A DNA stretch of 64,000 nucleotides from Bugula neritina (Eukaryota > Animalia > Bryozoa), in the NCBI GenBank assembly GCA_964035545.1, contig OZ037767.1:5100707-5164706 (forward strand), given 5' to 3'. The notes beneath the pieces are model-generated. The model saw only the letters and a list, made by a program, of their open reading frames with translations, did not search any database and was not told the DNA's origin. Below are positions 51,359-64,000 of the stretch, piece after piece. Within the stretch, counting starts at the first letter, position 1; every line of letters begins with the position of its first letter. The position numbers were made by a program, and so were the translations under genes.

Positions 51359-54300
51359 TTAGTCATGTCCTGTAGTTCCCTCATCTTCTTTTAGACTAGT
51401 AGGAAGTTGTTTCCTCTTTGTTCTGCAGTAGAGTGAGATGTTAGGGTCAGTGATGAAATCATACAAGACCTTGACCCATGAGGTGTGGTAAGGCAGGTTG
51501 TTGTAGTACTCTGGGGCTATCTTTCTCACCTGGGGTGAACAATATAAACATGTAGCCGTGCTTGTGTTAGCACAAATACATGTTCCCCTTTTTCCCGAGG
51601 TGAACAGGAAAAAAGCAGCTCAGACTAGAAATTATATCTAAAGGAGTAAACTGCATGAGCAGTAGCAGAAACCTAGCATGGAAATTGTCTGCCCAACCCA
51701 TCAATGATTGTGGAATTATATTACTTTCAGTTTTGGAAAGCTCACCAAGCCGTATGAACAAACTCGTTAGTGAAAAGTGCCAGAACTGGCGTAAAACTTA
51801 TAGGAGTTGAACCTCGAAGAAACTCCGTGACAAATATTTGAAAATTCACAATAGAAATAACTAAAACAGAGTTTATTTAGTCTGCAGGTAGAATTAGAAT
51901 TAGATAGGACCACCTCAAAACCTCTTTCAAAATAACACTGGATAAAATCCAAAATAAAAAAAGTTACATTTTAGTTACCCGAGTCTGACTGGAGAAAATT
52001 TAAGAAAAATAATATTAATTTTCAAAATCATTCTAAAGTTGATGAAGCAAATATCGCAAGTATAGAAAGACTATTCCTACCTCTGGCAGCCGAGATCCGG
52101 GTATATACGGAAAGTCGTGATGCTCGTTGTGATATCCCACATTCAAGGTGATCATGTTGAGAGGTCCGTAATAGGAGTAGGTTTCATATCCTTCCTTAAA
52201 CATGTAGTGCTCAGAGATGAAATGGCCGGCAACAGGGTGAACACCTGAAATAAATGTGAAATAGTAATCAGCTTGCCACATGGGCTTATTTCTATTCCAA
52301 TTATATTTGATAATTTACTAGTGGAAGATGATACTACTATTTCGGTTGCCCCGAGCTGTAGAGCATTTCATTTATTGTACAAACAATAAAATATTAATCA
52401 CAACACTTTTTATTATAGTTTAGAATCTTAAGTAGTCATTTTTTGTTGGGGGGGGGGGAAACCAGAGCAGCTAAGAAAATATGAAAATAGCACATCTAGA
52501 AATACAGCAGACAAAAAGAGGAATCTGTTTATAAGTAACAGGAGTTTCCTGCGACTAGAACTGACTAGGTAGGTTACTAAGGGGTAAAGACTTGCACAAG
52601 ACACATAGATTAAATACTTTGATTTGACTGCAGATGATATGCAGATCAGACTACTGAAATATTAGATAATGAAAAAACTATGCTGTAACATGATGTCTTT
52701 CTATTGGTTTAAATAAATCAAAACTTATACTTAATAAATTGTTCCCCAAGAATTAAATAAATTAAATAAAGGATGTACATAATTCTTTTGCTAACGGAAA
52801 CTCCAACTTGGAGATTGAAAGTCCAGCAATGTATTTTCTATTTTACTAAAAGATAAACTCACCCATAGCCAACAGGGATCCCCCTAAGAGATAGACAAAG
52901 GGTTTCCATCCCCAGAAATATACGAGAAGAAAATCAAAGCTGAAGATGACAAGAGCATTCACCACCTACAAAAATCAATTAATTATTAATTAATTACAAG
53001 AGTAAAATAATTATTCTTTTACATTTTGCTATGCATGCCTATCTAGCCGAAGAGCATAATAGTCACAAGTGAACATAATCCCAAAAATATTAAAATAAAA
53101 AAGAATAAACTTGAAAAGGTAATTGAATACATTTTACGGACCTCAGGCAAAGTTATAGGCTTGGGTTTAACAAACAGAGGTCTCAGTGCGTAGAAGAATG
53201 GCTGCAGAACCATCCATATGAGCTTCCCTAGTGTGTATTTGAACATTTCAGCCTCTATTCTGTGTGGTATATCAACGTCGTACTCATCAGAACCTAGTAA
53301 CAAATGAGTGAAGATCTGATAACATCAAGTAGTGTAGAGGCCATTAAGGAAAAATTAGCCACTCCAATTGTTTGCATTACTTTCAGTTCAAACAACATTA
53401 TTGAAGTTTATGCAACTTTAGGCACGTAAGCAAAATTAGAGGAAAGTTACTAGTGAAATAGGAAAAAAGCATCATTTATAAAAACAAGCTGCCTTTACCT
53501 TGATACCTGTGATGATCCAAATGGTATCTCTTAAATGTCACAGCCGTAGGCACCCCGATGATAAGATTGCCAAAAACCGCCAACGCCTTGTTGGCAAAAG
53601 GTTTGGTATAACCAAAGGCTAAGCTATGGGAAATCTCATGTATGGCCAGGGTCATGGAGTGGTTGATGACTCCTCCAAAGCAGTAGGCTGTGATAAGCAG
53701 GGTCACCCAAGAAGCGTCTTTTATGAAATAGCAGGCTGTAAGCTGTGTGGCTACCATTGCTAAGACAATCCATTTCAGATTTGGGTTTGGCCCAAACAGC
53801 TTCTTTATTTGTGGGTACTTTGCTACAAAACAAATTATTCAACTTTTAGAAAAATTGGCTAATGGCTAAACGGCTAATGGCAAAAATGGCAAATGGCTAA
53901 AAATTAAATAATTTACAACAAATAGAATTTATCTTTATGAAACAGCAATTTTGTAGAAAATAGGAATGTATGCAGTACATTTACCAGATGGCAAGGATAA
54001 GGGTGCTGTGACTAAATAATATATTAAACACAGAGTAGGCTTCGAAGTTTCAAGTATTATAAGTCAAAGTATGTTGAAATAAAGTTTATTTTAAATCAAT
54101 AATATTAGTTAAGAAATAGAGTAAGTTGATAGTGTATCCAGAGAAGAATCTAGTGAATTGTGTATATTCCTAAGTCTTACTTATAGCAGCAATGCAAATA
54201 ATATCAACCTTTTCATTAATACAATTGTCATATTGGTGGTTTAGCACCTATGTTTATTTTTCATCAGTGTTAGTAACATAATTACATTGTATTATATTAC

Positions 54301-55532
54301 GTTGAATAAAGTACAATAAACTTAGCTTGGAGTTTAACAAAGCAGTATTCAACAAAACTTCAAAGACTAGTGCATACTATTAACTTTTCTAGACAGAGCA
54401 TTTTGTTGATATATAACCCTGAATGCAAACATCAATCAAATAGGCTCTTACTCACTGAAAAAAGTCAGAAAGCTACTGTAAGTAAAAAATTTCCAAGGGA
54501 AATAAAAAAGATTACCAGAGAAAAAGGAAAGTATTTAACTGAGCTGAGTGCACAAGGACCTGTAAGAACAGAAGGACTTATAGTAAAAATGATAAGAACC
54601 AGCTACTTTTATTGTGATCAGTCCAAAACCAGCCTATGTTACAGATACAGTGATAGTACTTAGTTTAATACATGACTATAGGTCTAAGTATTGAATTGAG
54701 TGGTTGTCATTGACGTTGGTATTTCAGCAATGACTAATGACTAATTAATTTAATGGTATAGTTATGATTGTTAATGTCAGCATATGCAATAGCATCTCAT
54801 TGTGTGGGACAAAAAATAGTACTATATTAATAATAAAAATTATCTTCAATTAATGAATACTCATTGATAAAATATCTGTCCAAACAAGAAGCAAAAAATA
54901 TGTAAAAATAATAGTAATATGTTAATGCAGATCAAAGAAATTTATTTATGTGCTCAATACATATATTTAAATAATATTCAAATAAATTGCACATAAAATA
55001 TATATTCATATTGTACCAATATAAATAAATAACGTCGAACTGGGAAGCGTCTATCTGGGATGACACCTTACACTTTACAGCTACTGTGAGACAGTAAGTG
55101 TAACTCACTTGGGCATACTCGATGACTCACAGTCATATACTATCAGTGTCAGTGTCATAGTAAACGTCACTTTGAAAGTTTGAACTAATGATGAATGAAT
55201 GTGATAGTGATACTGACACTCGTACTGAGTTTGATAGAACTGAAAGTGAATGATACTCATAGTCACAGTGATACTCATAGAGTCATACTGATACTGCGAT
55301 ACTGATACTTACACTGATAGTCATAGATAGTGATGCTGACAATCACAATCACTTACTGTAAGTGTTACTGTTAGTGTTACCCCTAGCCCCTAGGCCTACT
55401 CCTAGTCCTACCACCCCTATGCCTACGGTTTAGACTTAAGTGCTTACCTAAAATTTCTTTTCGTCTACTGGCGTGCGGCTCTTGTGTATAAGACCACTCA
55501 AAATCTGTCTTTTCTTTTACAGTGTCAAACAT
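51359..55532 (-). CDS. DEGS1: Sphingolipid delta(4)-desaturase / C4-hydroxylase DES family (332 aa)
   Basis: Exons 55532-55448, 53822-53499, 53293-53142, 52965-52863, 52244-52081, 51529-51359. [28 protein letters not shown] and His boxes HEISH, HLDHH, HNEHH. Probably a single pro-ortholog of DEGS1/DEGS2. Confidence 0.95.
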
Positions 55533-55559
55533 TTTGATTTTGTGAATTATTATATAATT

Positions 55560-56125
55560 ATAGATGTCTTATTCACTAATCACGTATTGTAAATGTAATA
55601 CTAATTGCTGTCAATTGATATGTTACTCCCTTAGTCACGCGATAAACCATACGGCATACCGCTTCTGCTCCAATACGCGGAATCGGAAGATTTACTAGAA
55701 TAACCTAAATCACTCTGGGTTGCCTTCAATGGAAGTAACGTGTGTAGTACCGAATATTCGTGCAACGATTGTTTTAGAAACTAGGTATTACTATGGTTCT
55801 ATTACTGACATAATGTCGATAGCAAAAGTATTAATTTATAAGATATAAAATAGGGCGCTAGATCTGACTATCTAAGGCCGTTTGAAGTTTAAAGGAAATA
55901 GTTAATGTCCTCCTGCGGCAAAGTCCAATAGCGCAAAACTTTCTCAGATTGGCCCTTATTGTTTTCAAATTCAGATAATCATCTACCTGCTCAAATTTGT
56001 GTGCTTTCTCGGCTTGTTTATTGTTTTGCTAAAGAAAAAAAACCACTTCGGTTTTTTCGGTGAAAACTGAAATTATAAATTATTATTGGTGTTTTGAGTC
56101 AGCGATGGTGTCTGTTGCGTGAAGT
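55560..56125. promoter_or_regulatory. Putative bidirectional promoter DEGS/YY1
   Basis: CpG-enriched segment relative to its flanks, with ETS-like CGGAAG. It lies between the DEGS ATG and the presumed YY1 non-coding exon 1; the acceptor at 58250 implies an upstream UTR exon. Confidence 0.5.
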
Positions 56126-58357
56126 CTATGAGTATGAGTAATGAGTATGACTATTTACATTTTATTATTTACTTTTACTTTTAGTTTTGCTTTTAATATT
56201 TAGTTTTCCAATTTTCTTTTAGTATTACTATTACATTTAGTTAACATTTAGTTTTATCTTTAGTTTTTACTATTACTATTAGTATTACTCTATTAGTTTA
56301 GTATTACTATTACTCTATTAGTATTACTAGTACTTATTATTATTGCTATTAGTATTACTAGTACTATTAGTATTAGTATTAGTACCATTAGTATTACATT
56401 TAATATTGTATTAATATTTATATTCATATTGCTATTACTAGTTGCTGCAAGTCTTTGAGCTAATTTAGGTTTTAGCATTTATAGTAAGTATTTAGACTTA
56501 CTACTACTACTACTACTACTACTACTAGACATTGCATCTTTGAATTGATCGTTCATTAAATGATTTTTTATCATAAACATAATTATAAAGTTTTTATTAC
56601 TTTATGTATTAAAAATAACTGTTTCAGGGTTTGTCCTCATATCAATGCAGAACATTTCGTTTATATTGATGACAATAAGTATTATGTTGCATCAGTGATC
56701 AGTATGACTACCAGTTTGAGTTTTTTAATTAGAACTTCAACTTATACTAATACTTGGATTTGTAAACAACTTAATCTTAGGCCTATGATTATCATTCTGC
56801 TCAATAACAGACAATCATAATGATATATGAACTAATATTGGTAATGATAAAAATTAGCTGTAAGGTTGTCATTGCTCTGCTCAGCTGCAATCATCAAAAT
56901 GACTTAATTTTAATCTTATAGTTGCAATGGCAAAAAAAGATTAAATTAACATTTCAAGTAATATTGTTGGCTATCGTAATGAGTTTGCTTTCCTGTTATT
57001 GCAGTTGATAGACATAGAAAGTTTATATTTTGTAATGGTAGCTTTAATTTTTGAAAATACACTAAACTGCTGTAAAGTTTTGCTAATTCTAAAATTGTTG
57101 TTGCAGTTTTATAAGTTGATTTCGTGGAAACAGTAATGGAAAATTTGATGAGGTGTTTATTAAAATTTTGGAAAAAGTCTGGATGAATATTCGTTTTTGG
57201 TCAAATATTGGACTGCTTCTTCTGTGCAACATTAACACAAACAATACAGTTACATTATAAGATATAATAATAATAATAAAATGATTGATAGATGATTATT
57301 CAATTGATGACAGATAGCTCATTATCTTTCTATTTATAAGCCTACAATCAATATAGTCAACGGTGCATTTAAATTCAAATTGAATATTACAATAATGTCA
57401 GTGAATGCTTCTACTGAGCTTAACATTTAACTAAGTTTAGGTAAAGAATAATAATCAGTTTGATTTTGGTAATTATGTTAATTTTAAAATGTTTTCAGAA
57501 GTGTTCAGACTAACACATCTCACTAAAAAAAGACTAGTCATCTAGTGCTTATTGGGATTTGGACTAGACTCCAGCCTATACTAATATTTCAACTTATGTC
57601 ATTATAAGATAGTTATGTTTAAATATATTTTCTCAATTCACTCGAGATACCCACACAGCCATTTTCAGTTGAAAAAGTGGCAATAATTAGAGCTAGCCAT
57701 TAATTTACGTTTCATTTTTATTCATTTTAACTAAAGTAAATGCAAGCATATTTTAAGGCTATAGTAGACTAGCTTGTAAAGAAAATATTGACGTAAGTGT
57801 TTAAAGATGTAGCTTTTAATGTCAAGTTAGAAATTGTGTTAGAAATCTTAAAAACATTAGATAAACTACTAAAAGTATGAATTTTAAACTAAGTATTTTT
57901 AGCTTCGAGTTTGTTTGTGAGAAGGTGCTTAGTGGGTGTTGAGTAAGGGATGTAGGCAGATATAAATGGGACGTTGAGATGAAACATTGCTGAATAGTTC
58001 AGATAATTCTATTCCTACTATTATTCCGATTGGTGAAAGAGGACAAAATTTGGAAAACAACTTGAATTTCTGTTTTTTGTTCTATGGTTTGAGTGATAAC
58101 CGTAAAGCAAGTTTTATACACCAAATAGTGTTTTATACAAGTTTTGCAAATATACATGTTTATACAAGTACATATTTTATACATCAAGTAGTGTAGCTGG
58201 TGTTGAAATTTATGAAGGCTAATATTTTCAATCTGATTCTTTATTTTTAGGGATTGGTGCGTGTTATGCTGGTTGGTACTTACACTTCAGCTCTTCAAGT
58301 CTTTCATCTCTCTAAGCTGTACTAGTCATAAACCGAATTTTAATAACAGTTTGTAAG

Positions 58358-60528
<2,171 letters not shown>

Positions 60529-61699
60529 TTCTGTGTCATTTCTATCAACGTCAGCAGTGTGTTACTACTACTCATCTCTACAAGTCATTTTCAACTTTGC
60601 CATGTTACTGAGTTGCATTTTACAGCTCACTTATTAATGTATGTAGATTTACACTCTTTATATCTGTACATTTTCTGTAAACTGAAATCCACAGTTTTTT
60701 AGTATGACAGTATGTAAATACACAACTACCCTACAAAAATATCTACTGCTTTATTGTGCCTTGCCTCTGCACTGGGTTACTCATCAATAAATTACAGAAC
60801 TTGTATATTATCAAATTTAGAACATCTTGGTTTTGGCTTATGTATATAATGACTTATTCGGTCAACATATAGAGGTGCAACCCAACATATTAAGTTTGTA
60901 AATATTTTTTTTCCTGTTAAATTACCATAAGAAATAGAATCATCCGAACATTTTCTGTTCGAAATATTCTTAGCATATTGAAAAATCTTAAATTTTTCAA
61001 GTGATCAGCCAATATGTAAATAGTCAACTTAATGTAAGAAAGGGTAATAATCTTGGCTCACCCCTTTGAGTTAAAACCTGATTCAACAACCCAATATTCT
61101 GTTTGTCTGATTCACATAATCTACAATACAACTATTGCAACCTTAACGAAGAAAAATGGTAACAATTACATACATTAGATGTAGTTCTTTTTAAAAAATA
61201 TTGTATTTTGGTTGAAATTTAAATTCATGTAAAAAAAGGTTAACAACACCAAAACAAGGATATAATGTGTTTACGTATAACTTAAACCAACAATATAACT
61301 GTATGTAGGTATGGCAATATCAAAAAAATGATAATTGCAATATACATCTAAATAATACGATAGAAAAATCTAGCCTGCAACATTTTAATAAAAATAATAA
61401 ATAAAATAATTTCTCAATTTAAATAAATGTGATTGCACAGCCCACTGCTCAGCAGTCTATGTATAAACACTAAGCCAATAATGTTGAACGATTATTGCGA
61501 GGATTCTTTGGGCAAGATTCTATAAAATATATTTAGTTTCAATGCGAAACTTTGAATGTAAGATCTTCCGACTAAAGCTAAAAAACTAATCAAAATTAAT
61601 AAATAAGTAATACAAACATAATACACAAATGAGGGAATGTAGAAGACAAGCACAGATTAAAGCCCCGACACTCGACAACTCGTGTCTAGCACATCCTGT

Positions 61700-63769
61700 T
61701 TAGCACCAGGAGTGATCCATCTCACACTTTCCCGCAAACCACATGTGCATATCCCGATCAACCTGTGACAGGGCGTCCCAGTAGTCTGGTAACGCCTTTG
61801 GATTCGCAGGATTCTGAAACAGAAAGAGGACAATACTTACTAACAGCTGAGCCAACGGGATTTTTCTTCTCATGACTGAAATAATGCAATTTTCCATAAT
61901 TTGGAAATGTTCAAGCTGAATTTTTTTAGATTACCATCTAGTAATATAAAACTTCAAGTAGATATTTTGCTATATATCTTTTTCAATTTCTTGCAGCCTG
62001 AAAATTACAGAGAGCTAAGTTTAACATGCTTTTTTGATAGCAAAAAGGACTAAATAGGCATTAGCACTTACCAGTGTAGGGGGCATAACTCTCTTAGTGT
62101 TCCCTTTGTTCATGTGTTCAGTGAAGGCTGTATAATAAAGCTGCCGGTCGCTGTCAGTCATACAATGATAGCAGAGTCTGCATGTGGCTGACTCACAGCT
62201 GCAAAACAAGATTAAAATCTGTAAAGACTTCCCCCACTGGGATTCTAACCACAGACCTCCAGCTTGCAGACTAATGTGCTAACCATTACACCAGTCAATA
62301 CTCAATACTACAGAATCTCCACGCAATAAACTTGTGCATACGAGTATTCAACTGTTTAATATCCCACAGATGAATGAAAAGTACTCAAAACAGTTCACCA
62401 ACATACCTGCAGATTACCTATGGCCATATTAATAAAACTGGGAGAAATAGTAAAGCGCCGTTTGTAATGTTTCTTGTTTGTTGTACGTTTGCGTGGGTAA
62501 TAATTAAGATGAGACCATTGGAATAATGTATCGTGACGTTTATTATTGTAAGGTATAAAGCATACAGCTTGACAGCATAGAAAGAACTGCTGGTGATCAT
62601 AAGTGTAAGGTATATATATATAACATAGGAATGAATCACAAATCTACGACATCATATGTATTAATAGCATATTACTGTTAGGTATATAAATAACTCGGCA
62701 ATTGTAAACAACATTATACTACACCGTTTACCTGTTGGAGCATTGTGTTGCGCATAGAGCTGGCTGCACACTCAGGTCTTTAGGGCCGGACACCATTTCT
62801 CTACTGTTAATGTCTAGCTTACTGTGATGGTCAATAGTAGATGCTAAGCCAATCAGATGCAGTGTATTAAACACTACTTGCTCATACAGCAAACGATTGG
62901 CTGAAAAGTGTTTAGAGGAGAGATTTGGAGACATGTTAACCTAAAAGAAATTATAAATAACCACACAATACAATTTGAACTCTCATAAGCCTGAGAGAAA
63001 CTATAAGATACTCTATTGATCACACAGCATGCATAAATACACATCTATGTCTATACTTATATTGAATCAGGTTACAATTTAGCTTGAAGCCATTATAATA
63101 AATAATTAAAGTGAAAGGAAACAGATAAATAAAAAGAATTCACCACAAATATTAATTTGCTGAAAAAGCGGCTTTCTTTTTTAGTAAAGCATGAAACACA
63201 GTCTTGTTGTAAGCGTCACGCATTTGTTTACAATATAATATGATAAACTTATCATGAGCCAAGTAAATGAAAAACTACTAGCAGAATATAACATATAAAT
63301 TACCAGCTCAGCCTGTTGAGCTTTGTATAAGACACATCATAGAGTTTACACTCCCAATACTGAGACTATGAGCTATAATTTTCATGAAAATAAAAAAGAC
63401 AACTGAATGAAAGCTATATTAATTACACTACTCTTATTGAAAATAATTTCAATTGCAAATAGTTCTGGCAAAATACTTAAATACCAATATATTATTGTGA
63501 CATGACTAGTGCATCTTATTAAATTTACTTTAGTTCATTTAAACACAAATGAAATATAAACGGAAATCACACTGTAGCTGGTGAAGGAATTAGAAGCAAA
63601 GGCATGCCTAGCACAAAAATCATAAATAATATTGCTAGTTATAGAGTTTAAGTAAACCTATATTCCCTTGAAGAGAAGACGATTCCCAGCATAGCAACTC
63701 ACCTCCATTAAATACAGTTCCATGTCCTCATCAACAACAAAGTCAAATCTCACCATTTCAAAAAAATTG
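61700..63769 (-). CDS. Tubulin-tyrosine-ligase-like protein (TTLL15-like polyglutamylase), 3' exons only
   Basis: Exons 63769-63703, 62940-62732, 62198-62072, 61813-61700: NFFEMVRFDFVVDEDMELYLMEVNMSPNLSSKHF..YEQVVFN..CRLCYHC..EHMNKGNTKRVMPP..WFAGKCEMDHSWC*. The TTL ATP-grasp F-E-x-x-R-F-D and E-V-N motifs and the Cys-rich tail resemble invertebrate ttll-15. Confidence 0.82.
62231..62312 (-). repeat. tRNA-derived repeat family A copy 3
   Basis: Reverse complement ctgtagtattgagt..tggtgtaatggttagcacattagtctgcaagctggaggtctgtggttagaatcccagt aligns with 3042-3128. Confidence 0.7.
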
Positions 63770-64000
63770 CTACAAAATAAGTTTGTAAAATGCCGTAGCA
63801 GCAAATATTACATTGCACTAACATGCCATCTATTAAGTTAGAGCTATGTGTGATGCATGCAAATTTAATGTAGTTTTCTTTTAGTTCTTCTAAACCTGCG
63901 TATGCTTCAAGATACAAATACACCAGGTTAACCTTACACTGGCAATTACTGAGATAAAGCATAAGTATGAGTGGGTGGTTACAACACAAGTAGAGGTGTG

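Noticed and set aside
57657-57667. YY1 autoregulatory site (GCCATTTT) in its first intron
   Set aside because: A single short match in AT-rich DNA is expected by chance.
61841-61875. Extra 35-nt TTLL exon (VMRRKIPLAQLL)
   Set aside because: It would read TCA-TGA in the incoming phase and leave an intron of only about 27 nt; direct splicing 62072 to 61813 is in frame.

Overview
AT-rich, intron-rich genomic DNA from an animal. The gene set (SelN, TTLL15-like, eclosion-hormone-like, invertebrate-type YY1 and HIF-alpha) suggests a non-insect invertebrate, probably a lophotrochozoan; this is inference. Gene models were built by hand from GT/AG junctions with consistent reading phase. In order: (1) the 3' five exons of selenoprotein N (+), with an in-frame UGA at 5818, a Sec-redefinition hairpin and a 3'UTR SECIS; the ORF track misses this. 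(2) An intact Buster-type hAT transposon (2321-4892) in a SelN intron; its transposase has a GC-AG intron that itself holds a tRNA-derived repeat. (3) A 100-aa secreted precursor with eclosion-hormone-like cysteine spacing (+). (4) Cathepsin B (-). (5) A divergent HIF-alpha with 20 coding exons (+), two closely spaced CODD-type prolyl motifs and no recognisable C-TAD. (6) Sphingolipid delta-4 desaturase DEGS (-), head-to-head with (7) YY1 (+). (8) The 3' end of a TTLL15-like tubulin ligase (-). The window also has two tRNA-derived repeat families, a 3.2-kb non-autonomous TIR element, two long intronic hairpins, tandem repeats, and an odd ACT/AGT low-complexity class that sits next to 5' splice donors of promoter-proximal exons. 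Homology statements come from recalled family motifs; no database search was run.
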